Notes under the pieces: model-generated | The model's database searches: none | Seen by the model: only the letters and a program-made list of their open reading frames with translations | Told to the model about the DNA's origin: nothing | Virus record (IMG/VR): IMGVR_UViG_3300032246_003079 | DNA length: 64,000 nt | From: a virus | Strand: one strand, 5' to 3' | In this document: positions 55,684 through 64,000 of the stretch, piece by piece | Position numbering within the stretch: position 1 is the first letter of the stretch | Layout: each line of letters starts with the position of its first letter | Position numbers and translations under genes: made by a program

Positions 55684-56136
55684 ATGAAAGAAAATCAGGA
55701 CATTACTAAAGTTGAATTTCTAATTACATTAAATGACAACTTCGTCGTACAACGTTTTTTCAATGTAAGAAACATTAACCAAAAGGCTAAAAATAGTATT
55801 GAGTTATTGGACTACATGAAATCATTGTCAGAAGAGTTAAAAACAAAACTAAGAAACAAATCAGTTTTCTATATGTTGGAAAATAGGTTCCAAATTGAAG
55901 AAGACTCATCTATCTTAGATACATCAAATACTGATGGTCCAGAAGTTTTTAATTTGATTATTCGAATTGGAAATGAGACAATTTGTCATACCATCATCGA
56001 CGCTAAAGTATACCCACCAAAGGCTAGATATACCCTGGATATACGACCAACAATAAAAACGATATTAAAAGATTTAACTGACATTTTTTCAGATAAAAAT
56101 TTATCTTATAATTACCTTAATTATTCGTTGGCTTAA
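55684..56136 (+). CDS. Hypothetical protein
   Basis: 150-aa ORF in the replication operon. Confidence 0.7.
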   Translation: MKENQDITKVEFLITLNDNFVVQRFFNVRNINQKAKNSIELLDYMKSLSEELKTKLRNKSVFYMLENRFQIEEDSSILDTSNTDGPEVFNLIIRIGNETICHTIIDAKVYPPKARYTLDIRPTIKTILKDLTDIFSDKNLSYNYLNYSLA

Positions 56137-56173
56137 TCATATTTATCATATAGAAATAAAAAAAATACAAAAT

Positions 56174-57553
56174 ATGTCAGACAAAAAAAACTTCGGATAC
56201 TTAGGAAATACTTTTCAAATTCAACTATTAAACAATATTATTTTATATAAAGATTTCTCAAATTCTATTCTTGAAGTTATTGACCCACACTATTTTGACA
56301 ACCAATATTTTCGTATTATTTGTCAAATGATTAAGGAGTTTTATTCAAACTATGAACATACTCCAACATTTGATACATTAGAACAACTTACAAAGTCAGA
56401 AATATCTTCTCCAATGGCTCAAAAGAGTGTTCTGGATACATTACAACAAGTAAAAGATGTATCTGATGACGGTTCATTATTTGTTCAAGAAAAGTCATTA
56501 AAATTCTGTAAACAACAAGAATTACAGAAGGTTATGACTAAAGCTCAATCAATTATTGATAAGGGCGATTTTGAAAGTTATGACCACTTGGAAGAAATGG
56601 TAAGAGGGGCGTTACAAGTTGGTGAGGTTGATAAAGGAACAACTGACGTTTTCTTCAACCTTGATGAGGTTTTAAACGACGATTACAGACACCCAATTCC
56701 AATTGGAGTGGCTGGTATTGACAACCTATTGAAAGGTGGTTTAGCCAAGGGTGAGATTGGTGTTATTTTAGCACCGACGGGGGTAGGTAAATCCACATTT
56801 ACTACTAAAATTGCAAACCACGCATTCAACTTGGGATATAATGTTCTTCAAATATTTTTTGAAGACAACCCAAAAATTATCCAAAGAAAACATTATACAC
56901 TTTGGACGGGAATCCACCCTGATGACATGTCTGAAAATAAAGATGAAGTTATGGCGAAGGTAAAACACATTAAGGAAACTATGAAAAATAAGTTGATTAT
57001 AAAAAAACTTCCATCCGACACCGTAACTATGAATCAAATCAAAAATCAAGTTAGAAAGATGATGGCTGAAGGAATTAGAATTGATATGATTATTTTAGAT
57101 TATATTGACTGTGTTGTTCCTGACAAAATGATGGGTGATGAATGGAAAAGTGAAGGTTCAGTAATGAGAGGGTTTGAATCAATGTGTCATGAGTTGGACA
57201 TCGCAGGTTGGACAGCAACACAAGGAAATCGTAATTCGATTTCGTCAGAAGTGGTTACAACAGACCAAATGGGCGGGTCAATTAAAAAGGCTCAAGTTGG
57301 TCACGTAATCATTACTGTAGCTAAGAGTCTACAACAGAAAGAAATGAACTTGGCAACAATCGCCATTACCAAATCAAGAATTGGTAAAGACGGCGTTGTT
57401 TTTGAAAACTGTAAATTTGACAACGGAATGTTAGAAATAGACACAGAACAAAGTATGACTTTTTTAGGTTTGGAAGAACAAAAAGAAGAAAAAAATAAAA
57501 ATAGAATCAAAGAGCTTTTAGAAAAGAAAAAGCAAAAAGAACAACAATCTTAA
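56174..57553 (+). CDS. Replicative DnaB-like helicase (T4 gp41-like)
   Basis: APTGVGKS, ILDYID, WTATQGNR, KSRIG. Confidence 0.9.
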   Translation: MSDKKNFGYLGNTFQIQLLNNIILYKDFSNSILEVIDPHYFDNQYFRIICQMIKEFYSNYEHTPTFDTLEQLTKSEISSPMAQKSVLDTLQQVKDVSDDGSLFVQEKSLKFCKQQELQKVMTKAQSIIDKGDFESYDHLEEMVRGALQVGEVDKGTTDVFFNLDEVLNDDYRHPIPIGVAGIDNLLKGGLAKGEIGVILAPTGVGKSTFTTKIANHAFNLGYNVLQIFFEDNPKIIQRKHYTLWTGIHPDDMSENKDEVMAKVKHIKETMKNKLIIKKLPSDTVTMNQIKNQVRKMMAEGIRIDMIILDYIDCVVPDKMMGDEWKSEGSVMRGFESMCHELDIAGWTATQGNRNSISSEVVTTDQMGGSIKKAQVGHVIITVAKSLQQKEMNLATIAITKSRIGKDGVVFENCKFDNGMLEIDTEQSMTFLGLEEQKEEKNKNRIKELLEKKKQKEQQS

Positions 57554-57567
57554 ATTAATTAAAAATT

Positions 57568-58515
57568 ATGGAAAAATTATTAACAGAAAATCCTGGTAGG
57601 TTTGTCATCTTCCCAATTGAACACAATGATATATGGGAATTTTACAAACAACACCAAGCTGCGTTTTGGACCGCAGAAGAAGTCGATTTAACAAATGACA
57701 TCAGAGATTGGGAAAATTTAACAGAAAACGAAAAATTCTTTATCAAGAATGTACTGTCATTTTTCGCAGCTTCAGATGGTATTGTAAATGAAAATTTAGC
57801 GGAAAACTTTTATCGAGAAGTTCAATATCCTGAGGCTAAGTTTTTCTATGGATTTCAGTTGGCGATGGAAAATATTCATTCATTAATGTATTCATTGTTA
57901 ATAGATACTTACATCTCTAATTCAAAAGAAAAAGACGAGTGTTTCAATGCAATTGACAGACTACCTGCAGTTCAAAAGAAAGCTAAATGGGCGTTGGAAT
58001 GGATTGAAAAATCATCATTCGCCGAAAGGTTAGTTGCGTTTGCTGCCGTTGAAGGTATTTTCTTTTCAGGTTCTTTTTGTTCTATTTTTTGGATGAAATC
58101 AAGAGGAATTATGCAAGGATTATGTAACGCTAATTCACTTATCTTTAAAGATGAAAACTTACATTGTGATTTTGCAATTCATTTATTAAATAACCACTTA
58201 GAAGAAAGACCATCAGAAAAAAGAATTAAAGAAATTTTACTTTCAGCATTAGAAATTGAAAAAGAATTTATCACCGAATCACTTCCAGTATCATTAATTG
58301 GTATGAACTCAAATTTAATGAAACAATACTTAGAGTTTGTTGTTGATGGTTTGTTAGTGAAAATGGGTTGTAGTAAAGAATTTAATGTTGAACAACCATT
58401 CAAGTTTATGGAACAAATTGCAGTTGAAACAAAAGGAAATTTCTTTGAATCAAGAACAATGGAATACCAAAAAGCGAAATTAAACGAAACTATAACATTC
58501 ACAGAAGATTTTTAA
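57568..58515 (+). CDS. nrdB: Ribonucleotide reductase class Ia beta subunit
   Basis: [29 protein letters not shown] (radical Tyr), [15 protein letters not shown]. Confidence 0.95.
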   Translation: MEKLLTENPGRFVIFPIEHNDIWEFYKQHQAAFWTAEEVDLTNDIRDWENLTENEKFFIKNVLSFFAASDGIVNENLAENFYREVQYPEAKFFYGFQLAMENIHSLMYSLLIDTYISNSKEKDECFNAIDRLPAVQKKAKWALEWIEKSSFAERLVAFAAVEGIFFSGSFCSIFWMKSRGIMQGLCNANSLIFKDENLHCDFAIHLLNNHLEERPSEKRIKEILLSALEIEKEFITESLPVSLIGMNSNLMKQYLEFVVDGLLVKMGCSKEFNVEQPFKFMEQIAVETKGNFFESRTMEYQKAKLNETITFTEDF

Positions 58516-58525
58516 ATTTATTAAT

Positions 58526-60928
58526 ATGTCATTAAAAATAACCAAAAGAAACGGAGAAAACGTCGCGTTCAATCCGCAAAAAATTTATAACAGGGTAAAA
58601 CGTTCATCAAAAAGTTTGAACGTAAACTCAGATGAAATTTTTATTAAAGTAATTACATCAGTTCCGACTGAGGGAGAAGTAACAACAAAAGAACTTGATA
58701 AGTTAATTTATGAGATTGCAGCCGCATATACGGGAAGTCATCACGACTATTCAAGAATGGCTTCGTCCGTTGCAATATCTTCATATCATAAAGAAACTGA
58801 TGAAAGTTTTTCAAAAACTATGAGATTACTTTACGAGGATGGAGTTGTTAATGAAGAATTAATTAAACGAATTGAATATTACGGTGAAGATACTGTCGAT
58901 GTTGCGATTAAACATGACAACGATTATAACTTTGATTATTTTGCTTGGAGGTCATTACAAGAAATGTATTTGTTAAAAAGACCAAATGGGAAAGTTGTTG
59001 AACGACCACAACACATGTATATGAGAGTTGCTATATGGGTTACTAATACTTTAGAGGAGGCATTAGAATATTATAACTCTTTATCAGCACAACTTATTTC
59101 ACCGGCAACACCAATTATGATTAACTCTGGTACGAAAACACCACAACTGGCATCTTGTGTTTTACACTACAATGATTCAGACTCAAGAGAAGGTTTGTTA
59201 AATACAATGAATGATATTTCAACTTATTCATCGGACGCGGCAGGAATTGGTCTTTCAATGTCTAACATAAGAAGTAAAGAAAGTAGAATTTCAAGTTCAG
59301 GTGGTTATGCGGGCGGATTGTTGAAATATTTAAAAATTGTTAATGAGTCTTTAAGATTTTTTAATCAACAAGGTAGAAGACCGGGTAGTGCCGCAATATA
59401 TCTTGAGCCTTGGCACAAAGACATATTTGATTTATTGGATATTAAAAAGAACACAGGAGCCGAAGAGTTAAGAGCTCGTGATTTGTTTACGGCACTTTGG
59501 ATTCCTGACAACTTTATGAATGCAGTTAAGAACAACATTGATTGGTATTTATTCTGCCCTAATGATATTAAAAAGTCGGGACTAAAAGCATTACAAGAAT
59601 GTTTTGGAGATGAATACGAAGAAGTATATAACACGGCAGTTAGTATGGGTCTTGGTAAAAAAGTTAAAGCACAAGACATTTGGACTAAAATTGTTGAGTC
59701 TCAAGTAGAAACAGGAGTGCCTTATTTATGTTCTAAGGACAGTGCAAACAAAAAAACTAACCACCAAAATATTGGGGTGATTAAACAGTCTAACCTATGT
59801 AATGAGATTTACCAATACACAGATGAAAAGACCACAGCAATTTGTACTTTGTCTTCAATAGTATTAAAAAATTATATCAAAGACGGACAGTTTGATTATT
59901 CTTTATTAATAAGTGAAGTTAGAAAAGTTGTTAGAGCATTAAATAATGTTATTGATAAAAATAACTATTCTACTGAAAAAGGTCATAGAGGTGGTTTAGA
60001 ACAAAGAGCGATTGCAATTGGAACACAAGGTTTGGCGGATGTATTTTATTTAATGGATTTTATATTCACCTCATCTGAAGCTAAAAAATTAAATAAAAAC
60101 ATTTTTGAAACAATCTATTATGCTGCCATTCTTGAAAGTAATGACTTGTGTAAAAAAGGGTTAAGAACTCCATATGAGTTTTTTAAAGGTTCACCTATGT
60201 CACAAGGGATTTTTCAATTTGACATGTGGGGACTTTCTGAAGAAGATTTGTTTATGGATTGGAAAACCTTGAAAAAAGATGTTATGACTTATGGTGTATG
60301 TAATTCATTATTCACCGCTCAAATGCCTGTGGCGTCTTCCGCCAAAATCACAGGTTCATTTGAAATGACAGAACCCGCACATTCGGCTTTATTTAATAGA
60401 CGAGTTGTTGGGGGAGAAATTATGATTGTAAACAAATATCTAATCAACGACTTTGAAAAAATTGGAATTTGGTCTGAGGATTTAAAAAATGAAATTATTA
60501 TGAACGAAGGTTCAATTCAAAATATTAATTTCAACAATTATTTAGATACTGAAGAAAAAGGTTATAATAGAAAGGTTAAAAGAATTGAACATTTGATTCC
60601 GAAATACAAAACTATTTGGGAAATTTCACAAAAAGAACTGATTGACATGTCAGCCGAAAGAGCTCCGTTTATTGACCAATCACAATCTATGAATATTTAC
60701 ATGTCTAACCCAACACTTTCTAAAATAACATCTTCACATTTTTATGGATGGGAAAAAGGTCTAAAGACTCTTTGTTATTACGTAAGAACAAAGGCCATTT
60801 CAACAGGAGCAAAACACTTGGCTTTAGATGTTACAAAAAAGGAAAAACCAAAGGTAGAATATTCATACACGAATCTTCCACCAAAACCAACTAATTCAGA
60901 CTTTGATTGTTTTGGTTGTTCTTCTTAA
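58526..60928 (+). CDS. nrdA: Ribonucleotide reductase class Ia alpha subunit with ATP cone
   Basis: ITKRNG ATP cone, QLASC, SNLCNEI, CTLSS, MPVASS, KTLCYY, C-terminal CFGC. Confidence 0.95.
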   Translation: MSLKITKRNGENVAFNPQKIYNRVKRSSKSLNVNSDEIFIKVITSVPTEGEVTTKELDKLIYEIAAAYTGSHHDYSRMASSVAISSYHKETDESFSKTMRLLYEDGVVNEELIKRIEYYGEDTVDVAIKHDNDYNFDYFAWRSLQEMYLLKRPNGKVVERPQHMYMRVAIWVTNTLEEALEYYNSLSAQLISPATPIMINSGTKTPQLASCVLHYNDSDSREGLLNTMNDISTYSSDAAGIGLSMSNIRSKESRISSSGGYAGGLLKYLKIVNESLRFFNQQGRRPGSAAIYLEPWHKDIFDLLDIKKNTGAEELRARDLFTALWIPDNFMNAVKNNIDWYLFCPNDIKKSGLKALQECFGDEYEEVYNTAVSMGLGKKVKAQDIWTKIVESQVETGVPYLCSKDSANKKTNHQNIGVIKQSNLCNEIYQYTDEKTTAICTLSSIVLKNYIKDGQFDYSLLISEVRKVVRALNNVIDKNNYSTEKGHRGGLEQRAIAIGTQGLADVFYLMDFIFTSSEAKKLNKNIFETIYYAAILESNDLCKKGLRTPYEFFKGSPMSQGIFQFDMWGLSEEDLFMDWKTLKKDVMTYGVCNSLFTAQMPVASSAKITGSFEMTEPAHSALFNRRVVGGEIMIVNKYLINDFEKIGIWSEDLKNEIIMNEGSIQNINFNNYLDTEEKGYNRKVKRIEHLIPKYKTIWEISQKELIDMSAERAPFIDQSQSMNIYMSNPTLSKITSSHFYGWEKGLKTLCYYVRTKAISTGAKHLALDVTKKEKPKVEYSYTNLPPKPTNSDFDCFGCSS

Positions 60929-60933
60929 AAATT

Positions 60934-60958
60934 AATCCGAGTTATACTCGGATTTTTT
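60934..60958 (+). terminator. Rho-independent terminator after nrdA
   Basis: AATCCGAGT-tat-ACTCGGATT then TTTT. Confidence 0.8.
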
Positions 60959-61005
60959 ATTTATATCTATTTAACTAAAAATGTTGGATATTATATTTAT
61001 GTAAT

Positions 61006-61470
61006 ATGGCAGATGGAAGAACTTATGGTATTAATTTCCCTTTTAGGGATAGTCCAAAATCTTATTATTTTGATTTAACCGAAAATGCTGGTGATGAGAT
61101 ACGGGCAGACCTTTTACATTTAATATTAACCGCAAGAGGTAGTAGATACTATAATCCTGATTTTGGAACACGTATATATGAATTTATTTTTGACCCTTTG
61201 GATGGTGAAACGTTTGACGGAATCAAATCTGAAATACAACAACAGATTGACAAGTACATACCAAATTTAACTGTAAATGAAATTAAAGTGGTTCCATATT
61301 TACAATCAGATGAGGCTCCAGGTGACATTAACCAAGAGTTATTAGGAACAAGTGATATATATAGAATACCTGGTAGGGCAACTCAAGAATACACAGCTAA
61401 ACTTACAATAGATTATACGGACGACAACAACTCGTTTGGCTCAAGAGAATTTATAATAATTAACATATAA
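61006..61470 (+). CDS. Baseplate wedge protein (gp25/GPW-like)
   Basis: GINFPF, LILTARGSRYYNPDFGT.IYEFIFDP. Confidence 0.9.
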   Translation: MADGRTYGINFPFRDSPKSYYFDLTENAGDEIRADLLHLILTARGSRYYNPDFGTRIYEFIFDPLDGETFDGIKSEIQQQIDKYIPNLTVNEIKVVPYLQSDEAPGDINQELLGTSDIYRIPGRATQEYTAKLTIDYTDDNNSFGSREFIIINI

Positions 61471-61472
61471 TT

Positions 61473-63311
61473 ATGGCAACTCAAAAAATTAATTATACAA
61501 GTAGGGATTTTGAAAGTCTAAGAAAAGACTTAATTAACTATACCCAACAGTATTATCCTGAAATAATTCAAAACTTTAATGATGCTTCAATCTTTTCGGT
61601 TTTGATGGATTTAAATGCGGCGATTGGAGATAATTTACATTTTCATATCGATAGAAGTATTCAAGAAACTGTCTTACAATATGCACAACAAAGGTCTTCT
61701 ATTTTTAATATTGCAAGAACCTATGGTTTAAAAATACCAGGATTTAGACCTTCAGTTGCTCTTGTGGAAATATCAATACAAGTTCCGGCATTTGGTGACA
61801 ATGAAGATTCAAGATACTTAGGTATTTTAAGAGCGGGGGCTCAGTTTAATGGTGGAGGGCAAACATTTGAAACAGTCTATGATGTTGATTTTTCTACACA
61901 ATATAACAACGAAGGGGTAAATAATAGAACTAAGGTTCCTGTTTTTGACAACAATAATAAAATAACAAGTTATATAATAACTAAAAGAGAAGTTGTTGTC
62001 AATGGTGTTACTAAAATATATAAGCAAGTTGTAAATGCGGCAGACGTAGTTCCTTTCTATAGTTTCTTTTTACCTGAAAAGAATGTTTTGTCTGTTACAA
62101 CAATTATACAAAAAGACGGAACACAATACCAATCAACCCCAACAAACACTGAATTTATAACTTCACAGAACAAATGGTATGAAGTTGACGCATTGGCGGA
62201 AGACACAGTTTTTATTGAGGACCCAACAAAACCAATAGACAACGCAGGAGTTAAAGTTGGTCAATATATAAAAACAGACAACAGATTTATAACAGAATAC
62301 ACACCCGAAAGTTATATGAAGATACAATTTGGGGCGGCAACAACAACACCAAATCAACAACTTCAACAATTTGCAAATCTTGGAGCCCCATTAAAAATAC
62401 AAAATTATCAAAATAATATTGGATTAGGACTTACAGTTACACCCAACACAACACTATTTGTTCAGTACCGAGTAGGTGGAGGAACGGCCTCAAATGTTGG
62501 TGTTGGTTCAATCAACCAAGTTGGATTAGTTAATTTAGCAGTAAACGGACCTTCATCACAAATCAATCAGAGTGTTGTGCAATCATTAAAAATTAATAAT
62601 GTTACAAGTGCGGTTGGAGGAGCAAACCAACCAACAATCGAAGAAGCAAGAAACATGGTTACTTTTAACTTTGCGGCACAAAAAAGAGCAGTAACTGTTA
62701 ATGACTATAAATCTTTAATTGATACAATGCCTGGTAAATTTGGAGCACCTGCCAAAGTTGCGATTACAGAAAATAATAACAAAGTTACTGTACAAATTTT
62801 ATCGTATGATTCAGACGGGAATTTAACACAAACAGTTCCAAACGCAATTAAAACAAACTTGGCGACTTATTTGTCTAAGTATAGAATGATAAATGACTAC
62901 ATATCAATCGATGTTGCAAAAGTAATAGATTTAGAGTTTGAAATATCTGTTGTTATTGAAAATAACACAGCTCAAAGTCAAATAATTACTCAAATTATTG
63001 ACCAAGTATCCACTTACATGAATCCACAAAAAAGAGATTTAGGTCAAAATGTAAACGTTTCTGACATTAGAAGATTAATACAAAACGTTGCGGGTGTTAA
63101 TACATTAACGGATTTAAAAATATATAACAGAACAGGTGGACAATATTCTTCATCTGAAACATCTCAAAGGTACGCAGACGCAGAAACCAAAGAAATTTTA
63201 CTAATTGACGACACCTTATTTGCTGAACCAGACCAAATATATCAAATTAGATTTGATTCTAGAGATATTAATGTAAGGGTAAAACAACTTAGAACTGTAG
63301 ACTTCTACTAA
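61473..63311 (+). CDS. Baseplate wedge protein (T4 gp6/baseplate J-like)
   Basis: YTSRDFESLR, YRVGGG..SNVG, GGANQPTIEE, QKRAVTVNDY. Confidence 0.88.
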   Translation: MATQKINYTSRDFESLRKDLINYTQQYYPEIIQNFNDASIFSVLMDLNAAIGDNLHFHIDRSIQETVLQYAQQRSSIFNIARTYGLKIPGFRPSVALVEISIQVPAFGDNEDSRYLGILRAGAQFNGGGQTFETVYDVDFSTQYNNEGVNNRTKVPVFDNNNKITSYIITKREVVVNGVTKIYKQVVNAADVVPFYSFFLPEKNVLSVTTIIQKDGTQYQSTPTNTEFITSQNKWYEVDALAEDTVFIEDPTKPIDNAGVKVGQYIKTDNRFITEYTPESYMKIQFGAATTTPNQQLQQFANLGAPLKIQNYQNNIGLGLTVTPNTTLFVQYRVGGGTASNVGVGSINQVGLVNLAVNGPSSQINQSVVQSLKINNVTSAVGGANQPTIEEARNMVTFNFAAQKRAVTVNDYKSLIDTMPGKFGAPAKVAITENNNKVTVQILSYDSDGNLTQTVPNAIKTNLATYLSKYRMINDYISIDVAKVIDLEFEISVVIENNTAQSQIITQIIDQVSTYMNPQKRDLGQNVNVSDIRRLIQNVAGVNTLTDLKIYNRTGGQYSSSETSQRYADAETKEILLIDDTLFAEPDQIYQIRFDSRDINVRVKQLRTVDFY

Positions 63312-63384
63312 ATCATTTATTTTATTTATAAGGTTATTAGTTTTAAATAAAAACCTAAATTATCTATTTATTTTAAAACAGTAA

Positions 63385-64000
63385 ATGACCAAAACGTATA
63401 GACTAAAGGCTCAACCAACAAAAGACCAAAATCTAAGAATTAACGTAACACAAGATTTTGATTTTTTAGAGATACTATCTTTAAAGTTAAGACAAGAAGA
63501 TGTATATACAAGATTTTGTGCCGACTATGGTGTTGTTGCAGGTAGAGTTGTTGTAAATGGTGGGTACGGCGTTCCAAACGCAAATGTATCCATTTTTGTC
63601 CCATTGGACGCTATTGATGAAAACGACCCAATTATATCTACACTATACCCTTATAAAAGACCTGACCAAAAAAACGAAGATGGTTATAGATATAACTTAT
63701 TACCATATGTTAAAGAGTATGGTGGTCATAGCCCAACTGGTACATTTCCTGATGTGGAGGATGTTTTAACAAGAAATGAAGTTTTAGAAGTTTATGAAAA
63801 GTATTATAAGTACACTGTAAAAACTAATGAAAGTGGTGACTTTATGATTATTGGTGTACCGTTAGGTATTCAAACTGCAATACTAGATTTAGATTTATCA
63901 AACATCGGTTGTTTTTCACTTAGACCTTCAGACTTAATAAGATTAGGTCGGGGAACTGCAGAACAATTTGATGGGGACCAATTTAAATCATCGACAGATT
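63385..64000 (+). CDS. Putative baseplate/structural protein (runs off the window edge; missing from ORF track)
   Basis: ATG at 63385 after TATTTAT; open to the end: MTKTYRLKAQ...QDFDFLEILSLKL...YGVVAGRV...KTNESGDFMIIGVPLG. Confidence 0.75.
   Translation, partial: MTKTYRLKAQPTKDQNLRINVTQDFDFLEILSLKLRQEDVYTRFCADYGVVAGRVVVNGGYGVPNANVSIFVPLDAIDENDPIISTLYPYKRPDQKNEDGYRYNLLPYVKEYGGHSPTGTFPDVEDVLTRNEVLEVYEKYYKYTVKTNESGDFMIIGVPLGIQTAILDLDLSNIGCFSLRPSDLIRLGRGTAEQFDGDQFKSSTD

Noticed and set aside
1-64000. tRNA or rRNA genes, integrase or transposase; eukaryotic giant-virus origin
   Set aside because: I saw no cloverleaf or rRNA-like segments in the short intergenic gaps and no recombinase motifs. 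Sheath, tube, baseplate, gp32 and overlapping operons indicate a tailed phage despite the eukaryote-like RNR and the glycosylation genes.

Overview
A gene-dense, AT-rich segment of a large contractile-tailed (myovirus-type, T4-like module set) dsDNA phage in the standard genetic code. A Bacteroidota host is inferred from A-rich start contexts without Shine-Dalgarno sites and from the NadE and NrdAB types. 1-13.7 kb (minus strand) is a glycan-synthesis island: FkbM and other methyltransferases, an NDP-sugar epimerase, an NDP-sugar dehydrogenase, GT2/GT4/GT10/GT11-like transferases and NadE, plus dUTPase, a PolB-type exonuclease and two free-standing endonucleases. It is followed by small hypothetical genes, PolB, a neck protein, a peptidase-SOD fusion and an SNF2 helicase with an intein. 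Next come the tail module (terminator, sheath, tube, chaperone, tape measure, two >2100-aa hub proteins, LysM), a replication module (gp32-like SSB, RecA/UvsX, 5'-3' exonuclease, DnaB-like helicase, NrdB/NrdA) and baseplate wedge genes. The top finding is a glycosyltransferase gene whose N-terminal motif is split by a 13-nt stop-containing insertion between two Gly codons (GGC-UGA...GGA). The insertion is embedded in two RNA hairpins and lies directly downstream of an overlapping Vsr/EDxHD-like endonuclease, making it a candidate new ribosomal-bypass plus homing-endonuclease cassette analogous to T4 gene 60/mobA. Also notable: a +1 UUU-CGC frameshift candidate in the tail chaperone, a class 3 intein starting with Phe, a sense-strand TATTTAT late-promoter-like motif, and recurring (I/L)xE leader motifs suggesting capsid-packaged enzymes. 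All product calls come from motif recognition; no database search was run.
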